From Octopus vulgaris (lineage: Eukaryota): a stretch of DNA of 64,000 nucleotides. The translations under genes were made by a program, and so were the position numbers. This document shows positions 27,894 through 39,840 of the stretch, one piece after another. Each line of letters opens with the position of its first letter. Within the stretch, counting starts at the first letter, position 1. The notes under the pieces are model-generated. The model searched no databases. It was not told where the DNA came from and was given only the letters and a program-made list of their open reading frames with translations. The DNA is taken from positions 8,494,001-8,558,000 of the forward strand of contig OX597842.1 in assembly GCA_951406725.2 (NCBI GenBank), written 5' to 3'.

Positions 27894-28900
27894 ATGGTAG
27901 GCATAGCAACCAGATCTTGTACAGAGAGGGCGTGTTAGTCATTATTAACCATGGTGAACATGATAAAGTTTCTTCATTTATGAATAATTGTTCAGATGTA
28001 AACATGGTGGGCATAGCCTCCACACCTATACAAAGAGGGAAGGAGGAGTGTCTGTCATTAGTATTCGTGATGGGCGGGGCAAAGTTTCTTCCTTTATGAA
28101 TAATTGTTAAGATGGTGGGCATAGCCACCAGACTTATACAGGGAGGAGGAAAGTTAATCTGTTAGAACAAACTATACTGCAGTAGGTAATATGAGAGAAC
28201 TTCTCATATTGGCCTTTGGTGCAAAATGCCCTTTTTTTATATCGCTAGTGGGGAGATAAATCCTTGCTATCTCCAGTGCTGAAACCACCAGATCATGTGA
28301 TTTCGACCTTCCTTGGTCTTATCAATGATGGACACTCAACTGCTAGAGATAGTAGTGATGTATCTCCTCACCAGCGATATGTAGATGGACAGTGCCTCTG
28401 TCACTAATATATATTTTTTAGAAAGGAGGAGATTGAGTGTTTGTCATTGTATCGGTGGTGAAGTTTGATCCAATCAGGAACAGTCTCTGATGGTGGGCGT
28501 AGCCACAAGACATGTACAAGGAGGGAGAATGCATCATTATTATCCAGGATGGGCATGAACTTCCATAATTTATGAGCAGTTGCTGATATGGTGGGCGTAG
28601 CCACAAGACATGTACAAGGAGGGAGAATGTGTCTTCATTACCCATGGTGGGCGTGGTGAATTTTCATCATTCATGGACAGTTGTAGATATGGTGGGTGGA
28701 GCCACCAGACCTATAAAGAGAGGGAGTGTTTGCCATCATTAGCTGTGGTGGGTGTGACGAAAAGTGATCACTTATGAATAGCTGATATGGTAGGCGTAGC
28801 CATCAAACATATATATATACACAGGGAGGGAGCATGTGTCATTATTATCCATGTGGTGGGCATGGCAGCCAGCTAAGTTTCATCATTCTTGAATAGTTGT
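27894..28900. repeat. Degenerate minisatellite, about 100-110-bp period
   Basis: atggtgggcgtagccac-like unit starts near 27894, 28004, 28112, 28490, 28588, 28689 and 28787. Confidence 0.8.
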
Positions 28901-28944
28901 AGCTTGTTTAGCCCCAGGTCAACCCTTAATGGGTAAATGTATGA

Positions 28945-29483
28945 TCAAAGACAGTCCATTAGTGACCACCTTGTGTTAATTTCAGGCAGTGTTATCCAAA
29001 TGTGCTCCTTCCTTTTATTGTCTGTCTTAAGACAGGTTAGGGATGCAATCTTCAGAGCAGAGGAGGGAGATTTGGCTGCAATTTCTAGGAGGTCAAGCGG
29101 CCACATAATAAGCCTCCGTTCAGGAACTGTGGAAGGTGAGTCAGTCAAACATGGAGGCCTTGGCTGGAGGGCTGCTTTAAAGCAGAGTTGTCCATAAATT
29201 GTCTTGGTCTTCATTTTATGTTTGTTGCACTTGTTGTTGTTGTTGACAATGGAAGCAGCAGCAGCAGCAGCAGCAGCAACGATGAGTCGGTGGGGAGTGA
29301 AGGGGGCAGGGGGCGGGAAGGCATCAATGTGGCAGGGGAGGTAAATGGGTGTGTGTGGGGGGTGTCGGTGGTGATGGTGAGGGCGGTGGTGGTGGTGGTG
29401 GTGGGGCCGGTAGAAGGTGGGGGTCATATGTGGATGGGACAAGTTGAGCTTAGTTTCGCTCAACCGATTCGAATCACCTTTAT
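28945..29483 (-). CDS. Candidate exon of an unknown His/Pro/Ala/Asn-rich protein
   Basis: Strong polypyrimidine acceptor (ttttcctttctttccag, AG at 29485-29484). Frame is open for about 179 codons (DKGDSNRLSETKLNLSHPH...). Possible donor AAG/GTGGTC after 28970. No recognisable domain. Confidence 0.35.
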
Positions 29484-29544
29484 CTGGAAAGAAAGGAAAA
29501 AGAGAAAGAAAAAAATAAGGGTAACACAAAGATCAGAACAAGAA

Positions 29545-30075
29545 TAGTAGTAACAAGGGTAGTAGTAGTAGTAGTAGTGGTGGTAGTAGTGGTGGTAGTG
29601 GTGGTGGTAGTGGTGGTAGTAGTAGTAGCGGCGGTAGTGGTAGTAGTGGTGGTGGTGGTGGTAGTAGTAGTGGCGGCGGTAGTGGTAGTAGTAGTGGTGG
29701 TGGTGGTGGTAGTAGTAGTGGCGGCGGTAGTGGTAGTAGTGGTGGTAGTAGTAGTACCAGTGGTGATGGTAGTGGTGGTTGCGATAGTGGTAGTAGTGGT
29801 AGGGGTGGTAATGGTGGTGATGGTGGGGGTAGTAGTAGTAGTAGTGTTGGTAGTAGTACTAGTAGTAGTAGGATAGTGGTGGGGGTGGTAGTAGTAGTGG
29901 TGGTATTATGATGATGTTTGTGGTGGTATTTGGTGAGGTAGTAGTGGTAGTAGTAGTAGTAGAGGTGGTGATGAATGCAGTGGTAGTAGTGGTGGCAGCA
30001 ACGGTAGTGATAATGGTAGCTTTGGTGGTGGTTATGGCTTTGGACGTAATGGTTTCGGTGGTGGTATTTGGTGGG
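29545..30075. repeat. (GTA/GTG)n microsatellite
   Basis: Direct reading. Confidence 0.9.
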
Positions 30076-30564
30076 GGGGGGTGATGTCCTGGCTGGTCTT
30101 CATCGTCCACTGGTTCCATCTCCCACAAGCTTTCAGCACTTCTTTCTACAGTGATGGTCATGTAATGCATCCCTACACATCACATGTCCATCACCAACAA
30201 CCAACCCAGTCCCCTTTCTTGCACATTGCATCAAATAAGGCCCAGTTTTCTTTTCTCCCCCCCCCCCACAACATTCACATTCCACCATTCACGCCCCCAG
30301 ATATTGCACGTCCAGTGGAGCATATCAGCTTCATTCATCTCTCTAGTCTTCGCATGCCCTCTGCACTCAGGGCCAAAGTCTCACTACCAAGTAGCAATGT
30401 CATGGGCCCAGGAGCAGGGAGTGCACGGGTTGCAAGCACACACCCTGGAATTTTTTGAAGGGCAATGAAAATACTTTGAACATCTTCTCGAAAATCTTCC
30501 GTTCCAAAATGAACGAGCATAGAAACATTTTTGGATACATCGAAGTAAAAATATTATTATTATT

Positions 30565-31122
30565 GAGTGAGAGAGCAGTGCATGCCATCAAAGTGACACT
30601 GGGGTAAAATATACAAAGCCCAAATATACAAAACATCATGACTACCCGTCTGATAAGGGTACACTGGGCACATGCATCACAACCATATGTGCGTGACATG
30701 GTGATCTCCTATCAAGATAAACAGCACATGACCTTGCAGGTGGGGCCCAGTTAGAATTTTCTTCAGGTCGAGTAACCCATCCCGCTCGATAGGTCCCTGA
30801 ATAAGGGTTGTTTAAGGGTGTTGAACGAAAACCCATGTTTCCAAAGGTGAATTATCCAAACCTCTAAGAATCCCTCTCAACACATGGCTATGATGTTCCC
30901 CCACTACTTCTGCTCATGATCAGAGATGCACATATTGTCAGCCACTAAGGGACATGCTCAACTGGTTAAGGTCAAACAACTGACAAGCAAATCTGTGGCA
31001 TTGAGCAGAATATTTGCTGTAGGCCATCTTTTATACCAAAGACAAAACAATGTACATGATAACACTTCCAATCAGTTAAGATCAGAAGCCATGAGAGCCA
31101 CTGCCTGGTACTGCATCAGGGC
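30565..31122 (-). mobile_element. Family E TAA-targeted element
   Basis: Reverse complement of 22643-23196, flanked by (TTA)n. Confidence 0.75.
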
Positions 31123-31308
31123 ATTTATTATTATTATTATTATTATTTTTTTTTTTTTTTTTTTTTTTTGTTTCTTTACAACCCACAAGGGGCTAAACAT
31201 AGAGGGGACAAACGGCAAAATTGTTAGCATGCCAGGCAAAATGCTTAGTGACATTTCACCTGCCTCGACATTGCATTTCATCCTTACAGGGTCGATTAAA
31301 TAAGTACC

Positions 31309-31541
31309 TACTTCTTTACTACCCACAAGGGGCTAAACACAGAGGGGACAAACAAGGACAGACAAACAGATTAAGTCAATTACATCAACCCCAGTGCGTA
31401 ACTGTTATTTATTTAATCGACCCCGAAAGGATGAAAGGCAAAGTCGACCTTGGCAGAATTTGAACTCAGAACGTAGTGGCAGAGGAAATACTGCTAAGCA
31501 TTTCGCCTGGCGTGCTAACGTTTCTGCCAGCTCGCTGCCTT
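31309..31541 (-). mobile_element. Family B SINE nested in an oppositely oriented family B SINE
   Basis: 16-bp TSD cgattaaataagtacc at 31293-31308 and 31543-31558. Confidence 0.8.
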
Positions 31542-32318
31542 GCGATTAAATAAGTACCAGTTATGCACTGGGGTCGATGTAATCGAATTCATCCCCTCCT
31601 CCAAGCTGCCCTTGTAGCAAAAATTTGAAATCATTATTATTATTATCGTTTGGGGAGGGGGTGCCAGTTGATTAGATCGACCCCAGTATGCAACTGGTAC
31701 TTAATTTATTGACCCCGAAAGGATGAAAGGCAAAGTTGACCTCAGCCTTTCATCCTTTCGGGGTCGATAAATTAAGTACCAGTTGTAAACTGGGGTCGAT
31801 CTAATTGACTGGCTCCCTTCCCCAAAATTTCAGGCCTTGAGCCCAGAGCAGAAAAGATTATAATTGTCATCATTAAGGTAACGAGTTGGCAGAATTGTTA
31901 GCATGCCAGGTAAAAAGGGCTAAAGGTATTTCGTCTGTCTTTCATGTTCTCAGTTCAAATGCCACCGAGGTAGACTTTACCTTTCATCTTTTCAGAGTCA
32001 ATAAAATAAATACCAGTTGTGTAATGGGGTCAATATAGACTTCTCACAGCCTGGAAACATGCTGATCTTGTGTCAAAATTTGAAAACATTATTATAATTA
32101 TAATTATTGTAATTAGTACCAAGTGAGAGAGCAGTGCATGCCATCAATGTGACACTGGGGTTCAAATATATGAAGCCCAATATTCCCATCATGACAACCT
32201 GTCTGATAAGGGTGTCCCAGGCACATGCATCAAAACTATATGTGTAGGACATGGTGATCAAGATAAATAGTGAATGACCTCTCAAAAGGTCCCTGAATAA
32301 GGTTTTTTTTTTTTTAAT

Positions 32319-32510
32319 TGTTTCAGTCATTTGACTGTGGTCATGATGGAGCACCACTTTTAGTCAAGCAAATCGACACCGGGACTTATTCTTTTGTAAG
32401 CCCAGTACTTATTCTATCGGTCTCTTTTGCCAAACCGCTAAGTTACGGGGGCGTAAACACACCAGCATCGGTTGTCAAGCAATGCTAGGGGAACAAACGC
32501 AGACACAAAC

Positions 32511-32551
<41 letters not shown>

Positions 32552-32716
32552 CGACGGGTTTCTTTCAGTTTCCATCTACCAAATCCACTCACAAAGCTTT
32601 GGTCGGCCCGAGGCTATAGTAGAAGACACTTGCCCTAAGTGCCACGCAGTGGGACTGAACACAGAACCATGTGGTTGGTAAGCAAGCTACTTACCACACA
32701 GCCACTCCTGCGCCTA
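32319..32716 (-). mobile_element. Family A SINE
   Basis: Full-length match. Confidence 0.8.
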
Positions 32717-32939
32717 TATATATATGTGTGTATGTATGAGTGGCTGTGTCGTAAGAAGCCTGCTTCCCAACCATGTGGTTTCAGGTTTGTGGCACCTTGG
32801 GCAAGTGTCTTCTACTATAGCCTCAAACCGACTAAAACCTTGTGAGTGGATTTGGTAGATGGAAACTAAAAGAAGCTTCTCATATATATACATATAAATA
32901 TATATACTTTATTTAAAGCAGCAGAAAATTCAACAAAAT

Positions 32940-32977
32940 CTGTTACTCTGAGTTTCTCGTTGCCGTTCATCAGACAG
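32940..32977 (-). ncRNA. Minimal type I hammerhead ribozyme (canonical CUGAUGA core, GUA)
   Basis: Minus strand reads CTGT-CTGATGA-A CG GCAA CG A-GAA ACTC A GAGT A-ACAG. Stem I CTGT/ACAG, GNRA-capped stem II, near-palindromic stem III. Confidence 0.75.
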
Positions 32978-33190
32978 TTTTTGCTAGAATGGAACCGATA
33001 TATCAATTCAATCTAGACTCTTATAAACGCTACACCTTTAAAAAGAAATGGACTTGTTTGATTGGCCCTTTAGAAATAACGGTCAATCTTCGAGCGATAA
33101 ACAAAAAAGGTCAAAAATATATGTATTACTCTACCACTGGTATTTGAGTACTCTTTTTTCCACCTTGTTTCACAATTATGTGTTTACTCC

Positions 33191-33227
<37 letters not shown>

Positions 33228-34071
33228 GTGTCTTTGTGCCTCCGTTTATCCCCCATCACCACTTCACAACCGGTGTTGGTGTGTTTATGTCCCCGTAACC
33301 TTTGTTTAAAAAAAGTCCTGGGGTCGATTCATTTGACTCAAACACTTCAAGGTGGTGCTCCAGCATGGCCACAGTCAAATGACTGAAATAAGTAAAAGAA
33401 TAAAATATTATATATACACACACTTGATGGTGGACAATGGCACCAAACTACAGAAGCACACGGTGCCACATCAACGTCTTTTCTTCTGCCAACCCAACGC
33501 TCATAAACTGAGGGACATTAAGTAGTTATGTCTAGGAAATGGAAAAACCGCATGGAGGTTCATTCGAGGCGCGATTGAATCAAGAGAAAAACTCCTAACA
33601 TTTGAATTAGTTCCCTTGGAAACTAGGGGAAAGTAACTCTTCGCCAATATATTTATTTTCAAGGAACTGTAGTTATCTCCCCTGCCGAAAGTTTTTCCTC
33701 TCGGGATTATGAATGCTACAATAGTTATAGACGACGCGCCATACGTGACAGTCCCGTCTTTTATCAGACGTATTATAACATGGTTCTACATCATTCTGCT
33801 TAGGATTATGTCCACCGTGCTAACGATTTTGCCAGGTCACTTTCTTTGTATGTGTGTGTGTGAGTGTGTATGTGTTACATATATATTTTTTTTTTTTTTA
33901 CCTGAAGAAGTGGAACATTGTGAAAATACAAATTTACATATTGTTACCTATGAAGTTACACAAATGAAACTGGAATTTTGAATAAACATATCATGGGAAC
34001 ATATGGAGTGAGGAGGACACGAAGGGACCATTAGCTTAATACTTCTTTACCATATATATATATATATATAG

Positions 34072-34380
34072 ATAAGAAAGTTGGTTTGTGAAAGCACGTG
34101 GTTGAATATATAGAAAATAGTAAAAAGTGAAAAAACTACAGAAGGCTTAAAGGTTAAAAAATATATATATTTGCATCAATATGTCTGAAGAATATTAAAA
34201 ATTTTTTTCCTTACAATGACATAGTTTAGAAGAAAGACCGGTTTCGCGTTTAGCTTTACGTCTTAAGAAATTTGAAAAGCTAAACGCGAAACCGGTCTTT
34301 CTTCAGACATATTGACGCAAATATATATATTTTTTAACCTTTAAGCCTTCTGTAGTTTTTTCACTTTTTACTATTTTATA
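34072..34380. repeat. Fold-back element in (TA)n; relatives at 1320-1465 and 53395-53575
   Basis: aaaatagtaaaaagtgaaaaaactacagaaggctt... is mirrored, and there is a central hairpin gaagaaagaccggtttcgcgtttagcttt / aaagctaaacgcgaaaccggtctttcttc. Confidence 0.9.
34265..34303 (+). ncRNA. Hammerhead fold with U3:A8 core variant (GUC)
   Basis: AAGAAA-T-TTGAAAA-GC TAAAC GC-GAA ACCGGT C-TTTCTT. 6-bp stem I, palindromic ACCGGT stem III, one extra U before the core. Confidence 0.55.
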
Positions 34381-34689
34381 TATATATATATATATTTATA
34401 ATTATAACAATGAGGGTCTTTGCAACAAGTTGCTTGACTACATACCAAAAATTTTAGAAATAGCAGCCAGAGGACTGCTATTTCCTTTTACTACAGAAAT
34501 ATGTGTCCACAGACAAAAATATTTGTAACTCATATATGGCCATATATTTTGGCAACTTGTTGCAAAGACCCTTATTGTTATAGATGTATAAACTTTAACC
34601 GAATATGGTCCTTTTCCATACCGAAATACTACTGGGTGAAATTTGTTGATTTTATTAAATTAATTATAATTCACCCTTTATCTGTAATG

Positions 34690-34815
<126 letters not shown>

Positions 34816-34875
34816 CATACATACATACATATATAAATATATACATGCATATGTATATACATGTGTGTATATATG

Positions 34876-34907
<32 letters not shown>

Positions 34908-34942
34908 CAATATATATGCATATTATATATATAATATATATG

Positions 34943-34986
<44 letters not shown>

Positions 34987-35151
34987 ATATGTGCATTTAT
35001 ATATGTATATATCTATATATATATACATATGTAAATTAAAATTTAAAATAAGGGTGAAAAAATTGAATATTAATTTTATTAATATCAATTTTGAAACCAG
35101 GGGTCTACCATATTAAAATTTCAAGATTCAGAAAAATTATATTACATACAT

Positions 35152-35362
35152 ATAAGAGGGATGACCACTACGTGGACATCCATAATGCTAGATGAAGACC
35201 CGCTATAGTCTTACCACTAAGACAGGAATGTTCTCAAGAAAATTTAGCAAATGCCAGAACGTTTGCTAAACTTTCTTGAGAACATTTCTTTTTTAGTGGT
35301 GAGACTATAGTGGATCTACTTCTAGCATAATGGATGTCCATGTAGTGGTCATCCCTCTCATA
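35152..35362. repeat. Fold-back element (about 100-bp arms); relative at 62990-63145
   Basis: gagggatgaccactac...ttctcaagaaaatttagcaaa is mirrored by tttgctaaactttcttgagaa...gtagtggtcatccctc. Confidence 0.85.
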
Positions 35363-35525
35363 TATATGTAATATATATATATATACACAGACACATATGC
35401 ATATATATGTATGTGTGTGTGTGTATATCATCATCATCATTTAACATCTGATTTTCATGTGGCATAGGTTTGACAGTTTGACTGGTGGTGGTAATATAGA
35501 GGGCAGCACCAGACTCCGTTGTCTG

Positions 35526-35575
<50 letters not shown>

Positions 35576-35710
35576 TTATATGTATGTATACATATATATA
35601 TATACATACATATATGTGTATATATATATGTATGTGTATATATATATATGTATATATGTATAAATATATGTATATAGATATTCATACATACATGTATATA
35701 TATATGTATG

Positions 35711-35758
<48 letters not shown>

Positions 35759-35818
35759 TGCATATATATAATTATATGTATATGCAGATATGCATACGTA
35801 TATATATATATACATATA

Positions 35819-36724
35819 CGAGGGGGTACCCAAAAGGAACCAGAATTTTGCAATATCATTTTATTCACCTAATTTTTCGTGTTTAAACTTTTACTGCCTC
35901 CAAAGTATTCTCCATGTGAAGCAATGCATCAATCCACTCCTGTTTCCCACTCTTTGAAAGCAGTGCTGGAACTCTTGCGAAGCGATGCCTTTTAATACCT
36001 CCGTCGTCATTTTTCTTCACTTCTTCCACATCTCCAAATTCTGTAGCAGCAGCTTTCATCACCAGCAATGACCTTCTAAAAAAAGGGCCCAGATCAACTT
36101 CCAACTGTTTTGCAGCTCCCGACACACATTCAGAATATTAAAAGCTTTTAATCTTCCGTGAACAACCGAAGCACAATTTTTACTGCTGCTCTTTTCATTT
36201 GGAACCCATCTGTCAAAATTCATAGGCAGGATCTCCAGGAAACACCCGTCATGTCAGCAAGTTCCTCAACTGTTCAGCAACGGCCCTCCAAGACTAGTTC
36301 ATGAATTTTCGTGATGTTTTCCTTCTTTCGGGAGGTTGACGGTCGTCCTGATTGCGGTTGGCTTTCAAACAAAAAGTGACCATTCCTAAACTTGTGTTTA
36401 GCTCATGGCAGCATCCTTCTAAGCTTTTTGGAGCAGGACAACTGTTTCAGCTGCTGTTTCCTGAGCAGAAAACTTAATTTCGTGGAAGCACGGTGTTCCT
36501 TCAATTCAGTCATTGCAAAAGATCAACAGACGGGGCAGAAGCACTGCAAAAAAAAAAACAAAAAAAAAGGAGGCTTTAAGTGGCAGCATGTCTCTTTGGC
36601 TGATGTTGCCTGTCAGCAGACGGATGACTTTGGTCGCATCAAGTGGCTTCTAGCGACAGAAGCCTGAACTACCATGGGTCTGTCCCACAGAGAATGATTC
36701 CAATTACTTTTGGGTACCCACTCG
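35819..36724 (-). mobile_element. Internally deleted mariner element
   Basis: TIRs cgagggggtacccaaaag ... cttttgggtacccactcg with TA on both sides. Remnant motifs include RSGRPSTS...ELADMTGVSW and a mariner-type C-terminus. Confidence 0.85.
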
Positions 36725-36776
36725 TATATATACATACATGTATATACATATATATAGATGTATGTATATATACATA

Positions 36777-36868
<92 letters not shown>

Positions 36869-37068
36869 TAGATAGATAGATAGATATACAAATATATATG
36901 CATATATTTTTTATATATATATATATATATATATACATGTACATATAGATATATAATATATACACATATACATATATATGTACATATATGTATATATATA
37001 TATACATATGTGTATATATATGTATATACATGTATATAGACACACACACACACATACCTATATATGTT

Positions 37069-37152
<84 letters not shown>

Positions 37153-37584
37153 TATATACATATATACATAAGTATATATATGCCTGCGTGTATATATATA
37201 TATATACACACACACATTTTATGCCATGCTAGATGATGATGATGATATATATATATTATATATATATCAAAGAGCATAGGTTTGAAATATCAAAGACTTT
37301 TCCATTCATCCCAAGTGTCAAAATAATACACCTGCTTGTTGTTCCCCCACCTGTCTTCATCTTTTGTCTTTTGTATATTTGAACTATATATATATATATA
37401 CATATATATATATACATTTGTATGTATGTGTGTGTGTGTGTATGTATTTGTATTATATATATATATACACACACTTAAAGATATATATATTTATGTAAGT
37501 ATATATATACATATTGTCTGCATAAATATACATATAAGCACATACAAATGCACACACACACATACACATATATACTTCATTTGT

Positions 37585-37895
37585 GTTAACCAGGCTACCA
37601 GTGGTTTCATGTTGACAGATATATCTCTCAACAGTTATCAAGGCTGACACATGAGACATTGGTGTTTGTCAACTTTTTGGATGAAAGCACAATATAATCA
37701 TGAGACCATGTGAGATTCTATGTGAGATATATATACATATCTCCATAATGTGTATAAAATCTCATGTGAACTCATGTTATTTTACTACGTTTTCATCTAA
37801 GATGGAGACATACACCAACACTCCACATGACAAGGTTGATAATTGTTAAGAGACATCTCTCTCCCTTACATGAAACCAATGGTTGCCTGGTTAAC
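37585..37895. repeat. Degenerate fold-back element
   Basis: gttaaccaggctaccagtggtttcatg is mirrored by catgaaaccaatggttgcctggttaac, with further inner matches. Confidence 0.7.
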
Positions 37896-37981
37896 TTGCA
37901 AATAAAGAATATTTATCCAACAATGTTCAATATTAATGTAAATACACACACACACACGTGTGTGTGTGTATGTATGTATAG

Positions 37982-38048
<67 letters not shown>

Positions 38049-38220
38049 ATATATATATATATATAAATAGATGAGTGTATTTTTCCTTGTTAACAATTAA
38101 CACGGAAAAAATAGATAAATAGTTACCAGGGTAGCAAAAAATCACACAAGTAAAAAGGTTGTAACTCCTTGTTTTTAAAGGTACAAACTTCGGTTTTATG
38201 TGGAATTTTTTGTATAATAT

Positions 38221-38642
38221 ATAAATAAATGGAGTTAGATGCAGGTGTTATTCAAATTCTTTTACTTCCGACACAAGTTTTGAAGATTTCACTGATATTA
38301 TTCCAAAGGAATAAATGGTGTAAAACAATGCAATCTTCTCTTCAGGGAAGTGAAGAAATGAAACTCGTCAATAAGACATTTTCTAAAGGCTACCTTTGAC
38401 GTTATATCCTCTAATATATTTTTAAAACAAACTTAATAGCGTTCAGTTAATCACTATACACATCCATCATATTCTGTTAAAATATCTTATTGATGAGTGT
38501 CATTTCTTCATTTCCCTGAAGAGAAGATTACACTGTTTTATACCATTATTTTCCTTTGGAATAATACCAGTGAAATCTTCGAAACATGTGTCGGAAGTAA
38601 AAGTATTTGAATAACACCTGCGTTTAACTCCATTTATTTATT
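38221..38642. mobile_element. Penelope-like inverted pseudo-LTR fold-back element carrying two hammerheads
   Basis: Arms 38221-38361 and 38500-38642 are reverse complements. Embedded in TA-rich microsatellite. Confidence 0.7.
38510..38598 (+). ncRNA. Type I hammerhead ribozyme with 58-nt stem II (GUC)
   Basis: TTCC-CTGAAGA-GAAGATT ACACTG...CAGTG AAATCTTC-GAAA C ATGT GTC-GGAA. All core nucleotides are canonical. The mirror copy at 38264-38351 has G12>A. Confidence 0.85.
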
Positions 38643-38681
38643 TATATTTATATATATATACACACACACATATACATATAC

Positions 38682-38716
<35 letters not shown>

Positions 38717-39304
38717 TATATATACATATATATATATAATCTGCAGCTAAATGACAACAACCAGCAAGAGCAACAACCAACATCAAGCAATGCCAACAGG
38801 ACATCTTCAACAATTAAAGTACTGACAGGCAACTCAATGATATCTCACGCATGAACAGAGGCAATCTTGAGGAAACAAAGAAATATTTGAAGAAAAACCA
38901 AATGGAACAAATTTATGTCATGTCAGAAGCAATCTAGAAGCAACTCAGAAGCAATTTGGGAGCAACCTGGAAGCAATCTAGAAGCAACTTGGAAGCACCT
39001 ATGAAGCAATCTAGGGTGAACTTATTTTTAACCTGCTGGCATCCCAGGACATAATGCTTGTGAATTTTAGTTGTGTGATAGCCTACAAGCAACTCAGAAG
39101 CAATCTGGTGATATACTGGAAATATTACATTAGCAACTGAGAAGCAATTTTTGTGAGGAAAGGAGACAACTGTATAATATTTTAGCAGTAGATTTTAGGC
39201 AACTTAGAAGCAACTTTCAGTCAAAATGAAGGCAACTTTGAAGCAAATCTATGGCATCACTGAGGCAATCTGGAGGCAATTATTATAAATAATTCAGTGG
39301 TAAA

Positions 39305-39840
39305 GAGCGTGGTGTATTTTGTCAAAGGTTTACAATTAAGGTGACAAGTAGAGTGGTGTGTCTTGTCTAAGGTTTACAGCAGAGGTTGACTGAGGGGACA
39401 AGTAGAGTGGTGTATCTTGTCTAAGGTTTACATCTGAGATTGACTGATGTGACAAGTAGAGTGGTGTATCTTGTCTAAGGTTTACATCTGAGATTGACTG
39501 ATGTGACAAGTAGAAGTGGTGTATCTTGTCTAAGGTTTACATTTGAGGTTGACTAAAGGGGCAAGTAGAGTGGTGTGTCTTGTCTAAGGTTTAACCTGAG
39601 GTTGACTGAGGGGACAAGTAGAGTGGTGTGTCTTGTCTAAGGTTTACATTTGAGGTTGACTAAAGGGGCAAGTAGAGTGGTGTGTCTTGTCTAAGGTTTA
39701 ACCTGAGGTTGACTGAGGGGACAAGTAGAGTGGTGTGTCTTGTCTAAGGACAAGTAGAGTGGTGTGTTCTAAGAGAATATAAGAAAGTTTACACCTGAGG
39801 TTGACTGAGAGGGACAAGTAGAATGGTGTGTCTTGTAAGT
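39305..39840. repeat. Minisatellite, about 54-bp period, about 10 copies
   Basis: gacaagtagagtggtgtgtcttgtctaaggtttacatctgaggttgactgaggg repeated. Confidence 0.95.

Noticed and set aside
38741-39290. Possible exon or repeat protein (gaagcaatct 11-mers)
   Set aside because: Frames close quickly and the 11-bp period is not codon-compatible.
39305-39840. CRISPR-like appearance of regularly spaced repeats
   Set aside because: The intervening parts are repeated too, so there are no unique spacers. No cas genes, and the context is eukaryotic.
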